A model generated the notes under the pieces. That model saw nothing but the letters and a program-made list of their open reading frames with translations. It did no database searches and was not told the DNA's origin. DNA of 64,000 nucleotides from Desulfatiglandales bacterium (GTDB lineage: Bacteria > Desulfobacterota > DSM-4660 > Desulfatiglandales > Desulfatiglandaceae). The position numbers were made by a program, and so were the translations under genes. The stretch spans positions 3,168,001-3,232,000 of the forward strand of contig OY759599.1 in assembly GCA_963662465.1 (NCBI GenBank), written 5' to 3'. Of this stretch, positions 1-9,904 are shown piece after piece (within the stretch, counting starts at the first letter, position 1; every line of letters starts with the position of its first letter).

Positions 1-4
1 TCTC

Positions 5-1390
5 ATGGATTCGGAAGGCGCGCTGGTTTCCCTGCTGGATGAAGAAAACAGGGAGATGTTTTTCATCGGCGCGGCTTACGACGACAGCGCCACCCAGAAA
101 CGGGTCAAGGAGATCCGCTTTCCCATTGACAAGCTCATCGCGGGGCAGGTCATTAAAACCGGTAAACCCATGATTATCCATGATACCTTAACCTGTCCCA
201 CCATACACCGGGAACGAGACAAAATCATGGGATACCATACCAAGAGCCTGCTCCTGGTTCCCCTGAAAAGCAAGGATCGGATCATCGGCGTCCTGTGCGC
301 CATCAACAAGAAAAAGGGGGCCTTTGATCAGGCAAACATGGAACTGTTAAGCCTGGTAGCGACAACCGTTGAACTCTCCATTGAAAATGCCCGGTTTTCA
401 GAGGAAGTGAAAAAAGCCTATCGGGAGGTGTCAAGTCTGAACCGAGCAAAGGACAAGGTGATCAACCACCTGTCCCACGAGCTGAAAACCCCCATTTCGG
501 TACTTTCCGGATCACTGAACATCCTCGCCAGAAAGCTGGCCCGCCTTCCGGAAAAGAACTGGGAAAACACCCTGGCCCGGGGTGAAAGGAACCTGAATCG
601 AATTATAGAAATTCAAAATCAGGTGGAAGATATCATGCGGGAACGGCACTTCGAGTCCCATTATGTGCTGAGTCAAATGGTGGATCTGTGCGCCGACGAA
701 CTGGAAACCCTGATTGCCGAGGAAATCGGCGATGGCGATCTTATCAAAATCATTCGAAAACGCATTGATGATATCTTCGGGCTAAAGGAAATAACGCCTC
801 AGAAGCTGCTCCTGAACGAAGTCGTTCAACAACGTCTGGAGGCGCTTAAACCTTCGTTCTCCCATCGGAACATTCAGATCGTCGAACGCCTGGAACCGAC
901 GCTCCCCATTTTAATCCCACTGGAATCGCTTCGGAAAGTCATTGACGGCCTACTCAAAAACGCCGTGGAAAACACACCCGATGAAGGAAAAATAGAAATC
1001 ACGGTGACACAGACGGATAGCACCGTTGCGGCGGTGATACGGGACTACGGGGTCGGCATCATAGAAGACGCACAGAGAAGGATATTTGAAGGTTTTTTCG
1101 CCACCCAGGATACCCTGGACTACTCCTCCAAAAGGGCCTTTGATTTCAATGCCGGCGGAAAAGGCGCCGACCTGCTGCGCATGAAAATATTTGCTGAACG
1201 GTATGATTTCAAAATTAAAATGGAATCCACCCGGTGTCCGTTTATACCGGAAGAGACCGACCTGTGCCCCGGCGCCATCAGCGAGTGCCGGCACTGCAAC
1301 CGTCCGGAAGACTGCTTTGTTTCGGGGGGAACTACGTTTACGCTTCAGTTTTCACCCCTCACTCATCCCCCGGCAGCCATGTCCGAATAG
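5..1390 (+). CDS. GAF-domain sensor histidine kinase (5' part lies upstream of the window)
   Basis: GAF-like region, H-box LSHELKTP, N-box LLKNAVEN, G1 DYGVG, and a 5-Cys insert near the C-terminus. Paralog of 57752-60109. Confidence 0.9.
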   Translation: MDSEGALVSLLDEENREMFFIGAAYDDSATQKRVKEIRFPIDKLIAGQVIKTGKPMIIHDTLTCPTIHRERDKIMGYHTKSLLLVPLKSKDRIIGVLCAINKKKGAFDQANMELLSLVATTVELSIENARFSEEVKKAYREVSSLNRAKDKVINHLSHELKTPISVLSGSLNILARKLARLPEKNWENTLARGERNLNRIIEIQNQVEDIMRERHFESHYVLSQMVDLCADELETLIAEEIGDGDLIKIIRKRIDDIFGLKEITPQKLLLNEVVQQRLEALKPSFSHRNIQIVERLEPTLPILIPLESLRKVIDGLLKNAVENTPDEGKIEITVTQTDSTVAAVIRDYGVGIIEDAQRRIFEGFFATQDTLDYSSKRAFDFNAGGKGADLLRMKIFAERYDFKIKMESTRCPFIPEETDLCPGAISECRHCNRPEDCFVSGGTTFTLQFSPLTHPPAAMSE

Positions 1391-1634
1391 TGATGTCAAA
1401 CCCCATGGATTCAAGGCATCCAATCCACTGGTCAGCATCTTCCAACCGCCGGTAGGTTCCCGTCACGAGAAGGCATTGGTCGTTTTCATCCCATACCCAG
1501 CAATACTCCAGGAATCGAATGCCAAAGGCTTCGATTTCGGATCTCATATTTTCGCGGATTCGCTCCCTTTCATCAAAATCAAGATCCCGGTAAGACGCAC
1601 CGCGAATGCATACATAATACATAAGGTGAAACAT
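1359..1634 (-). CDS. hypothetical protein (~87-91 aa)
   Basis: ORF with upstream AAGGGAG and protein-like composition, convergent with the kinase; the true start may be 1622. Confidence 0.6.
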   Translation of the reverse strand: MFHLMYYVCIRGASYRDLDFDERERIRENMRSEIEAFGIRFLEYCWVWDENDQCLLVTGTYRRLEDADQWIGCLESMGFDITIRTWLPGDE

Positions 1635-1645
1635 CTCCCTTTTTA

Positions 1646-1670
1646 AGCTAACAGCTAACGGCTAACAGCT
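1646..1670. repeat. heptamer tandem repeat (RGCTAAC)n
   Basis: agctaac agctaac ggctaac agct; the reverse-complement unit recurs at 22780-22802. Confidence 0.7.
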
Positions 1671-1818
1671 GTATTTTCACAATAAATCAAGAAATGGCAT
1701 ATCTCCTTTTCTCCTGATCGGAACCATCAATTCCTGAAAAGCATTTAAAATTCATCCTGTACCATTAAAAATATCTTAAAACACAATGGTTTATATATTC
1801 AGAGGAAAACACGCATAG

Positions 1819-1834
1819 TGGCATACCTTTTGCT
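1819..1834 (+). promoter_or_regulatory. sigma54 (-24/-12) promoter
   Basis: TGGCAT-acctt-TTGCT matches TGGCAC-N5-TTGCW, ~145 bp upstream of the GT2 start. Confidence 0.7.
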
Positions 1835-1978
1835 TGCCCCCACGTGTGGCGTTGTGCTTCCATCGAGCTGATCTGTGCATGGCCGAGGAAAAAACAACCT
1901 GATGGTAAGAAAGCATTCATCCTCATGGATGAAAACAATCCAAATGACAAGATCTCAATTACAGAGGAAACGATAATA

Positions 1979-3478
1979 ATGACAACGATTGCTCACAAAC
2001 TAAAACTTACGCCCATTGCCCCAAAGGCGTGCGCCTTTGAGAATCTTCCGAAAAATCAAGATCCTCCCCTCCCTGACACAACCATGCCCGCCCCCATAAA
2101 CAAGCTTCGCATAAATGATTTACCGGCAAAGATTCTGATCCTCATTTGCATCCTGTTGATCATCAGCGCGGGGCTAATACAAAAAAGCTACCAACCCATT
2201 TTCCTTTCAACCCTTTGGGGGAAGCTTCTGTTCATGACCTTCCAGGCCACCCTGATCATGTTTGCGCTGACCCTGATCTGGCGCGTGGTGCTGGTCATGA
2301 GATATCGTCCGGCAACCCCATGTTCGGACGAAAACCTGCCCACCTGCGGCGTGATTGTCCCGGCCTATAACGAAGGACGACAGGTACTGGAAACCCTTCG
2401 GAGCATTGCACAAAGCAACTACCCAATGGAAAAACTAAAAATCGTGGTCATCGACGACGGCAGCAAAGACGATACCTGGCGCTGGATCAGGGCTGCGGTA
2501 CGGGAGATGCCCGACCGCATCACGCCCATCCGATTACCCCGGAACCAGGGGAAACGCGGCGCCCTTCATGCCGGCTTCAAACAATGTGCCGGCGATGTTT
2601 TCGTCACCATTGACAGCGACTCACAGGTTGAACCCGAGACCATCCGCTGCCTGGTAGCGCCCTTTACCCAGGACCCGAAGGTGGGCGCCGTCGCCGGAAA
2701 CGTAAGAATTCTCAACCGTAACGAGGGACTCATTCCGCGCATGCTGGATGTCAATTTCGCTTTTTCCTTCGATTTTATAAGGGTCAGCCAGAGCATGGTA
2801 AACACCGTCATGTGCAGTCCCGGCGCCCTGTCGGCCTATCGAAGCGACCTGGTAAAACAGGTATTGCCGGAATGGGTCAACCAGAAATTCCTGGGACGGG
2901 CAGCCAACATCGGCGAGGACCGCGCCATGACCAACATGATCCTGAAACTGGGCCATTACGTGCGTTTTCAAAGCAATGCCGTCGTCTACACCAAAGCGCC
3001 GACGGGGTATCGGGGCCTGTGCAAAATGTTTCTCCGCTGGGCAAGAAGCAATATTCGCGAAACCCTGGTAATGACCCGGTTCGTTTTCACCCGGTTTCGT
3101 AAAGGCCCCATGCTGGGAGCGCGCATCAACCTGCTGCTGAGCCTCATGACCCTGACCCTGGGCCAGGCCATGAAAATTATCCTGATGGGGCTCCTCATTT
3201 CCATGCCGGAGACGTTCGGCATGCGGATGCTTTTGGGCGCCGTAGTCACCGGCTGCCTGCCGGCCCTGTTTTTTATTTATCGCCACCGCAGCAGCGACGG
3301 CCTGTGGGCCTTTGCCTACAGCGTATTCTGGGTAACGGGTTTATGGTGGATCAGCCTTTACGCCGCAATCACACCCCAAAAGACCGGCTGGCTGACCCGG
3401 GATCTTTCACCCACCCGAGTTCAAATTCGTCCGTTGCCGGTTTCCCGCGGGACCCTGAAGAGCCGGGCATCATCCTGA
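1979..3478 (+). CDS. processive family 2 glycosyltransferase, hyaluronan synthase/NodC-like
   Basis: VPAYNE, DDGSKD, DSDS, GEDR and MFLRW (QxxRW variant) motifs with flanking TM helices; GAGGA RBS before ATG 1979. Confidence 0.85.
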   Translation: MTTIAHKLKLTPIAPKACAFENLPKNQDPPLPDTTMPAPINKLRINDLPAKILILICILLIISAGLIQKSYQPIFLSTLWGKLLFMTFQATLIMFALTLIWRVVLVMRYRPATPCSDENLPTCGVIVPAYNEGRQVLETLRSIAQSNYPMEKLKIVVIDDGSKDDTWRWIRAAVREMPDRITPIRLPRNQGKRGALHAGFKQCAGDVFVTIDSDSQVEPETIRCLVAPFTQDPKVGAVAGNVRILNRNEGLIPRMLDVNFAFSFDFIRVSQSMVNTVMCSPGALSAYRSDLVKQVLPEWVNQKFLGRAANIGEDRAMTNMILKLGHYVRFQSNAVVYTKAPTGYRGLCKMFLRWARSNIRETLVMTRFVFTRFRKGPMLGARINLLLSLMTLTLGQAMKIILMGLLISMPETFGMRMLLGAVVTGCLPALFFIYRHRSSDGLWAFAYSVFWVTGLWWISLYAAITPQKTGWLTRDLSPTRVQIRPLPVSRGTLKSRASS

Positions 3479-3498
3479 AAAGAGCAACATAAAAAAAT

Positions 3499-3543
3499 GG
3501 GTGATGGACGGAAGGGACAATCCCCCTATCGCCCATCGCCTTT
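3499..3543. terminator. possible bidirectional intrinsic terminator
   Basis: imperfect hairpin ggtgatgg...ccatcgcc with an A-run before and TTT after, between convergent genes. Confidence 0.35.
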
Positions 3544-3614
3544 CAGCTTCGAGCCAATGAAAGCCCCTCATTTTCCCCCACCTTCCCGCCATCCTACCGT
3601 AAACATAATATTTT

Positions 3615-4595
3615 TTATCCCTTGCAAATCAAATAGGCCAGATAGCCCATGTAACAGACCAGAAGAACAACACCGTCTTTCCGGGTCACGATATAGGATT
3701 TCCGCATCATGAACCAGGGCAGTGCGCTGATAAATATCATCACCAGGAAATCAACCACCAGGCCGCTGTGAAAAAATCCCCCCGGGATGGGGATGGGCCG
3801 GATCAGGGAGGCCGCCCCCACTACGCTGAGAATGTTAAACACATTGCTCCCCACCAGGTTGCCGATGCTGATATCCATCTCCTTTTTAACAGCCGCCACA
3901 ATAGAGGTCGCCAGCTCGGGTAGAGAGGTGCCAAAAGCCACAATGGTCAGACCAATGAATTTCTCGGAAACCCCCAGCACCGTCATGATCTTTACGGCGG
4001 AATCCACCACCAGCTGAGCCCCGAACATCACGCCGCATATGCCGGCCCCGATCAGCAAAAGTTGTCGGCCCCTTGACATCGCAACAGCCGCTTCTCCGAG
4101 GTCCGGTTGTGACATGACCGCCTCTTCATCCGCATTGCCCTCAACACCCCTTCTAGCCTGATAGTAGTTGAAAAACGTATACAGGATAATGCCACCCAAA
4201 AGAGAAGCCCCTTCCAGGCGGCCGATGGTGGAATTGAGAGACAGCAACAAGAGGTAAAGGGAAATACCGATCATGATGGGAATGTCCCGTTTCACCACCG
4301 AGGCGTGGCAGACAATGGGCTGAAAAATCGCCGAAACCCCCAGAACGAGAGCGATATTGCAGATGTTGCTCCCCACCACATTACCAATGGCAATCATGCT
4401 TTTGCCTTGAATGGAAGAAACCACACTCACCACCAGTTCGGGGGCGGACGTGCCAAAAGCCACCACCGTAAGCCCAATCACCAACGGCGTCACACCAAGA
4501 CTTCCGGCCAGGCTGGATGAACCCTTCACCAGCCATTTCGCCCCGTAATAGAGCATCCCGAAACCCAGGATGCAAAACAGCGTATTGAGTATCAT
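3615..4595 (-). CDS. calcium/sodium antiporter (CaCA, YrbG-like)
   Basis: two alpha repeats, GTSAPE...GNVVGSNICN and GTSLPE...GNLVGSNVFN; start at MILNT after GGAG. Confidence 0.92.
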   Translation of the reverse strand: MILNTLFCILGFGMLYYGAKWLVKGSSSLAGSLGVTPLVIGLTVVAFGTSAPELVVSVVSSIQGKSMIAIGNVVGSNICNIALVLGVSAIFQPIVCHASVVKRDIPIMIGISLYLLLLSLNSTIGRLEGASLLGGIILYTFFNYYQARRGVEGNADEEAVMSQPDLGEAAVAMSRGRQLLLIGAGICGVMFGAQLVVDSAVKIMTVLGVSEKFIGLTIVAFGTSLPELATSIVAAVKKEMDISIGNLVGSNVFNILSVVGAASLIRPIPIPGGFFHSGLVVDFLVMIFISALPWFMMRKSYIVTRKDGVVLLVCYMGYLAYLICKG

Positions 4596-4655
4596 ACTCT
4601 CTCCGTTTATTCTGATATTTCTTTCACGGAAACACGTTATAGGTGCATACCGGCA

Positions 4656-4681
4656 AATGTCAAGATTAGAATCTTGACATT
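4656..4681. promoter_or_regulatory. perfect palindrome containing back-to-back TTGACA -35 boxes of divergent promoters
   Basis: aatgtcaagatt-ag-aatcttgacatt; minus strand TTGACA-N16-TATAAC, plus strand TTGACA-N17-TAGTTT. Confidence 0.55.
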
Positions 4682-4858
4682 CGCTATGATTAAGAATAGT
4701 TTGGACTGATATTGCATGAACGAGAAACAGCGACAATCCTTATTAACACACACCCCTCCCCTTATTTGCCGAGGCCCTTAATCATTCTCATACATATAGA
4801 GATGGGAGGGATAAAATAATGCCCATCCAAAACCTGACATAGAAAAAGGACACGTTTC

Positions 4859-6574
4859 ATGACAAAACCCCTTGCAATATCCCGAACCCTTCCCTTCATG
4901 TGCCTCCTCTCTTTCGCCGTCGGCATTATCGCAGGCGTTGGCGCATGGGCTTTTCGCATGCTGATCGGACTCGTCCATAACATTCTCTTTCTGGGACAGT
5001 TCCAATGCACCTATGATGCCAATATTCATACACCATTGAGCCCATGGGGTCCATGGGTTATTCTGGCGCCGGTGATCGGCGCATTGATGGTGGCCTGGCT
5101 GGTGAAGACCTTCGCCCCGGAAGCCAAGGGGCACGGGGTTCCGGAAGTGATGGACGCCATCTACTATCATGATTCCAAAATCCGCCCGGTGGTGGGTCTG
5201 GTCAAGGCAGTGGCATCAGCCATCTGTATCGGCAGCGGCGGCTCGGTGGGCCGCGAGGGCCCCATCATCCAGATCGGGGCCTCTTTCGGATCGACCCTGG
5301 GACAAATGCTGCGCCTTCCCGCCCGGCAGATCGTAACCCTCATCGCGGCCGGCGCGGCCGGGGGCATTGCCGCCACATTCAATGCCCCCTTAGGCGGGCT
5401 CACCTTCGGAATTGAGCTGTTGCTGGTATCCATCAACGCCAGGAACATCCTGCCGGTGACAATTGCCACCGTAACCGCAACCTATATCGGTCAAGCCTTG
5501 CTGGGCGGTGAACCCTCCTTCTATTTCTCCGCACTCACCCAACTGGACTTTCAACTGATTTCGCCATGGCGACTCCTGTTTTTCGTCCCCTTCGGGATCA
5601 TCATGGGGCTCGTTGCAACCCTCTTTATTCGAGGGATCTATTGGGCTGAAGACCTTTTTGACGCCATGCCGGGCAACACCTATACGCGGCATCTGTCGGC
5701 CATGTTTGCCGTGGGCATCATGATCTGGCTCGTGATGCGCCACACTGGACACTACTACGTTCAAGGGGTCGGATACGCCGCCATCATGGATATCCTAAAG
5801 AGCATTCTGACGGACCCCTGGCTGCTAATCACCCTGTTCTGCCTGAAATTCATCGCCACCTGTCTGACACTGGGCTCCGGCGGCTCCGGCGGTGTTTTTT
5901 CTCCCTCGCTTTTCATGGGCGCCACCATGGGCGCCCTGGTGGGACATCTGATCGCATACCTCTTACCGAACATCGGCGTAAATCCCGTCGCCTTTGCCAT
6001 CGCGGGGATGGCCGCGGGGGTCGGCGCGTCAACCGGCGCCATCATCACCGGCGCCGTCATGATCCTGGAGATGACCCAGGACACCAACGTGGTCCTTCCC
6101 ATCATGATCACCTCTTCCTTTGCCTATGGCATCCGCAAATGGCTCTCTCCCGGAAGTATCTATACCCTGAAGCTTCTTCGCCGGGGCCATATCGTTCCGG
6201 AGGGCCTGCAGGCGGCCATGAGCGAATCCATGACGGCGGAAGATGCCATGGTCGGGGAATTCCCGACCCTTGACGCGGACGCGCCCGTCACGCCTTCGCA
6301 TCTACCCACCCTGGTCATAGACGGCAACGCCGTCATGGGCGTGGTTCCTCCCCATGCAGGGGGAGGCGCCGCTCGGTCATTGGCCATAAATCAATATATC
6401 ATGACCCCCCGGAAAAACCCCATCAACGATCTGCTCCGGGAAATGCACGCTACCGGATCAAGATTCGCGCTGGTTACGGGCGTCCCCGGAACCCCCACCC
6501 CCCATGAAATCGTTGGCATCGTTTCCGAACGGGAAGTTGCAACCTGCGCCATTCGGGAAGCACAATTGAAATAG
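4859..6574 (+). CDS. CLC-family chloride channel / Cl-/H+ antiporter
   Basis: GHGVPE, GREGP (gating Glu), FNAPL, GGVFSP; degenerate CBS-like tail. Confidence 0.92.
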   Translation: MTKPLAISRTLPFMCLLSFAVGIIAGVGAWAFRMLIGLVHNILFLGQFQCTYDANIHTPLSPWGPWVILAPVIGALMVAWLVKTFAPEAKGHGVPEVMDAIYYHDSKIRPVVGLVKAVASAICIGSGGSVGREGPIIQIGASFGSTLGQMLRLPARQIVTLIAAGAAGGIAATFNAPLGGLTFGIELLLVSINARNILPVTIATVTATYIGQALLGGEPSFYFSALTQLDFQLISPWRLLFFVPFGIIMGLVATLFIRGIYWAEDLFDAMPGNTYTRHLSAMFAVGIMIWLVMRHTGHYYVQGVGYAAIMDILKSILTDPWLLITLFCLKFIATCLTLGSGGSGGVFSPSLFMGATMGALVGHLIAYLLPNIGVNPVAFAIAGMAAGVGASTGAIITGAVMILEMTQDTNVVLPIMITSSFAYGIRKWLSPGSIYTLKLLRRGHIVPEGLQAAMSESMTAEDAMVGEFPTLDADAPVTPSHLPTLVIDGNAVMGVVPPHAGGGAARSLAINQYIMTPRKNPINDLLREMHATGSRFALVTGVPGTPTPHEIVGIVSEREVATCAIREAQLK

Positions 6575-6737
6575 AAAATACACTATTCTGATGCAAACCA
6601 ATTTCTGTTACATTCGTGCTTCAGGACTGCATAAGTGTTGACAGTGTTGATCCATTTCAATATATGTTCAAGCAGATAATGTCCGAACAGTTGGATTCGT
6701 TCCAAATGACTCTGAAATTTGATCAAGGAGGGCTTAC

Positions 6738-9275
6738 ATGACTGACGTAAAGAAAATCAGAACCGTCTGCAACATGTGTCAGACCGCATGTAGCGGCATC
6801 ATCGCACACGTAAAGGACGGCGCCGTCCTGAAACTCTCGGGAGATCCCGAATGCCCGCCGAGCTACGGGAAAATCTGCGTTAAAGGGCTGGCCGGGACTC
6901 TATCCCCCAGCAACCCCAACCGCATCCTGAAACCCATGCGCAGGACGAACCCGGAAAAGGGCCTGGGCGTGGACCCGAAATGGAAAGAAATCACATGGGA
7001 GGAAGCCTTTGACGAGATCGTTCCCCGCATGAAGCGGATCAGGCAGGAAAATTCCCTAAAGCTAATGCTGAGCAGCTTCGACTATCCCCAGTATTATCAC
7101 ATGATCCCCTGGTGCATCGCCTTTGGCGCCCAGTATTACGTGGGCGCAGCCACATTGTGCGGCATCTACCACAACTCCAGTTATCATTATTATCTCAGTT
7201 TCTTCCGTGATCCGGACTTTGAGCATACCAATTATCTGGTCCTCTGGGGAACCCAATCCGGTCACCTGGTGGACGCCCTTCCCGTCTCTTCGGCCAAGAA
7301 ACTGGCCGATGCCCGAGTGCGCGGCGCCAAGATCATCGTCATCGACCCCGTGGCCACGCCCGCGGCATCCCTTGCCGATGAATGGGTCCCGATCCGGCCC
7401 GGCACAGACGGCCTTCTGGCCCTCTGTTTTGCCAACCTGCTCCTGAATGAGTATGGCCTGTACGATCACCCATTCATGCAATCCAGAACCAACGGTCCCT
7501 ATCTGGTCCGGCCCGATGAATCGTACATGAGGGACAGCGCCACGAACAAACCCATGGTCTGGGATGAAACCAACCGGACGGCGGCGCCCTTTGACGGCAT
7601 TCCCTGGGAACATATGGCCATGGAAGGCACATTTGAGGTTGAGGGCGTTCTCTGCCAACCTTCCTTTCAGTTGCTCAAAAATCACCTGAAACAATACACC
7701 CCGGAGGAAACCGCCGCCGTCACCACCATACCGGCCGACGACATACGCCGCATCGCCCGTGAATTCGGGGAGGCGGCGCGCATCGGCAGCACCATTACAA
7801 TCCAGGGCGAAAACCTCCCTTACCGGCCGGCCGCCGTCTTGACCGGACGAGGTCCGAACGCCAACCGCCATGGGATGCACACCGCCTTCGCCACGGATAT
7901 GTTGAATGTTCTCGTGGGCAACCTCAACGTGCCCGGGGGCATACTGGGGATCGGCGCCAACTACAAGCACCGGTGGGGGCCCGGGGTGGACGAAGACGGC
8001 ATCGCCACTTCGCCCAACAGTACCTACTGGCATTTTTTCGGCGCCCTTGACAGCTACCCGGCGCGGCCCGCGGCCAAACCATTCATGCACAACCTGAACG
8101 GCCTGTTTCCCGTGGCCGCCTTTACCGACAACCTGTTCCCCCTGACCATGACGGACCCGGAACGTTTCGGAATCGATTACAATCTGGAATTCTTGATCAT
8201 CAGTCATGTCAATCCCCTCACAACTTACATCAACCCCACGGAAATGATCGAGCAGTTCAAAAAAATCGACTTCATTCTCGGTTTCGGCAGCAACTGGACC
8301 GAATCCCTCGAAATATGCGACCTTGTGCTGCCGGATGCCACCTGGCTCGAACGTTACGATCCCATCGCCAACCCCCCCTTCAAATTCGTTCAGACCGGAA
8401 TGGGAGACTGGCATTGGGCCTTCCGCCGACCGGTGGTGGACCCGCCCTCGCCGGATATCAAGCACTGGATGGAAATTTTACTCGAGATCACCGAGCGTGT
8501 GGGTTTCACGAAGGAGTACTATGAAGCCTTTAACGAACATAATTTGATTCGGGACCCCCATCGCCTCGATCCTGAAAAGAAAAATACGTTTATGGACATG
8601 TGCGACGCAGTGATGAAAGACCGGTATGGGGTGGACATCGACTGGTACGAAAAGAATCAGACGAACGTTTATATTCAAAAAAAGAGTGTGGACGAGGCCT
8701 ATCCCGGTCCCTTTGTGAAGGGTCGCTACCAGATCTACATGGAATACTGGAAACACGCGGGCGAAGATGTCCGACAGGTGGTGAAGGAACTGGGACTTGA
8801 AGACGTCTGGGACCTGGACGACTACCAACCCCTGCTCAACTGGCAGCCCAGCGCATCCTTGAAGGAAAGAGCCGACTACGATCTCTTCGCCGTGAATTAC
8901 AAAAGCTGCATGCACACCTTTTCCCACACCATGTTCAATCCGCTGACCCTCGAGATCGGGCACGTTTATCCCTGGATTTACGGGGTGGTGGTTCACACCG
9001 ACACCGCCAGGGCCAAGGGGATCCGGAATGGCGAGGAAATCTGGGTCGAGTCGGAATTCGGCTACCGGGTAAAGGGCAAGGCCGTTGTTACGGAGGGCAT
9101 CCATCCCGAATGTATCGGCACCACCGGAACAGGCGGCAGACTGACCTTCGGTGAAGCGGTGGGAAGAAGGGTCGGACCGCACTGGAACACACTGGTGGGC
9201 CAGGCGCTGGACCGGATCGACAAAATGTCCAGCTCAATCGACGCCTGTCTCAGGGTTAAGATATACAAGGTATAA
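6738..9275 (+). CDS. Mo/W-bis-PGD oxidoreductase catalytic subunit (DMSO reductase family, PadB/ArrA-like), no Tat signal
   Basis: N-terminal CxxCxxxC...CVKG Fe-S motif, PMRRTNPEKG..DPKW, IRPGTD, DLVLPDATWLE, C-terminal molybdopterin dinucleotide domain. Confidence 0.9.
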   Translation: MTDVKKIRTVCNMCQTACSGIIAHVKDGAVLKLSGDPECPPSYGKICVKGLAGTLSPSNPNRILKPMRRTNPEKGLGVDPKWKEITWEEAFDEIVPRMKRIRQENSLKLMLSSFDYPQYYHMIPWCIAFGAQYYVGAATLCGIYHNSSYHYYLSFFRDPDFEHTNYLVLWGTQSGHLVDALPVSSAKKLADARVRGAKIIVIDPVATPAASLADEWVPIRPGTDGLLALCFANLLLNEYGLYDHPFMQSRTNGPYLVRPDESYMRDSATNKPMVWDETNRTAAPFDGIPWEHMAMEGTFEVEGVLCQPSFQLLKNHLKQYTPEETAAVTTIPADDIRRIAREFGEAARIGSTITIQGENLPYRPAAVLTGRGPNANRHGMHTAFATDMLNVLVGNLNVPGGILGIGANYKHRWGPGVDEDGIATSPNSTYWHFFGALDSYPARPAAKPFMHNLNGLFPVAAFTDNLFPLTMTDPERFGIDYNLEFLIISHVNPLTTYINPTEMIEQFKKIDFILGFGSNWTESLEICDLVLPDATWLERYDPIANPPFKFVQTGMGDWHWAFRRPVVDPPSPDIKHWMEILLEITERVGFTKEYYEAFNEHNLIRDPHRLDPEKKNTFMDMCDAVMKDRYGVDIDWYEKNQTNVYIQKKSVDEAYPGPFVKGRYQIYMEYWKHAGEDVRQVVKELGLEDVWDLDDYQPLLNWQPSASLKERADYDLFAVNYKSCMHTFSHTMFNPLTLEIGHVYPWIYGVVVHTDTARAKGIRNGEEIWVESEFGYRVKGKAVVTEGIHPECIGTTGTGGRLTFGEAVGRRVGPHWNTLVGQALDRIDKMSSSIDACLRVKIYKV

Positions 9276-9288
9276 GAGGAGGTTAGCG

Positions 9289-9891
9289 ATGAAACGATGG
9301 GGAATGGTCATTGATTTGAAGCGTTGCATCGGGTGTAATTCATGCACGCTGGCGTGCAAGGTTGAAAACGGCACGCCGCCCGGGATTTTTTACCGGCGGG
9401 TCCTGGAAAAAACCACGGGGAAATATCCAAGCGTAAGACGCACATATCTGCCGGTTCAGTGCATGCACTGTGAAAACCCACCCTGCGTTAATGCCTGTCC
9501 TTCCGGCGTTTTTAAAAAACGTGAGGATGGCATCGTTCTCGTTGACAGCAGCAAGTGTTACGGCGCCAGGGCCTGCCGAATCGCCTGCCCGTACAATGCC
9601 ATTTCTTTCCTTGAGAAAATCGGGACCTATTACCCCGACGGCATCACCAAAACCGAAAGCATGTGGTATGAAAACCACCTGGAGGGCACCGCGGAAAAAT
9701 GCAACTTCTGCGCCGAACGGGTAGATCAGGGGCTATTGCCGGCCTGCGTCGAGGCTTGTCCTGCGGAGGTCATGAAATTCGGCGACCTGAATGACCCGCG
9801 CAGCGACGTATCGCAGTTGATCAAAGCTCGGGACGGGTTCCAGCTTCAACCCGAACTGGGCACAAACCCGTCCGTCTATTATGTGAAGTAA
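9289..9891 (+). CDS. 4Fe-4S electron-transfer subunit (DmsB/NrfC-like)
   Basis: CIGCNSCTLAC, CMHCENPPC, CYGARACRIAC, KCNFC...PACVEAC; GGAGG RBS. Confidence 0.93.
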   Translation: MKRWGMVIDLKRCIGCNSCTLACKVENGTPPGIFYRRVLEKTTGKYPSVRRTYLPVQCMHCENPPCVNACPSGVFKKREDGIVLVDSSKCYGARACRIACPYNAISFLEKIGTYYPDGITKTESMWYENHLEGTAEKCNFCAERVDQGLLPACVEACPAEVMKFGDLNDPRSDVSQLIKARDGFQLQPELGTNPSVYYVK

Positions 9892-9904
9892 AGGAGGGTT
9901 AGCC

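Noticed and set aside
6638..6666. sigma70 promoter for the Mo-enzyme operon (TTGACA-N17-TATATG)
   Set aside because: Plausible, but the -10 lacks the conserved final T; not supportable without TSS data
7062..8465. 467-aa antisense ORF (similarly 11215-12324, 58340-59866 and 2621-3286)
   Set aside because: Shadow ORFs opposite well-supported genes, with no recognisable motifs
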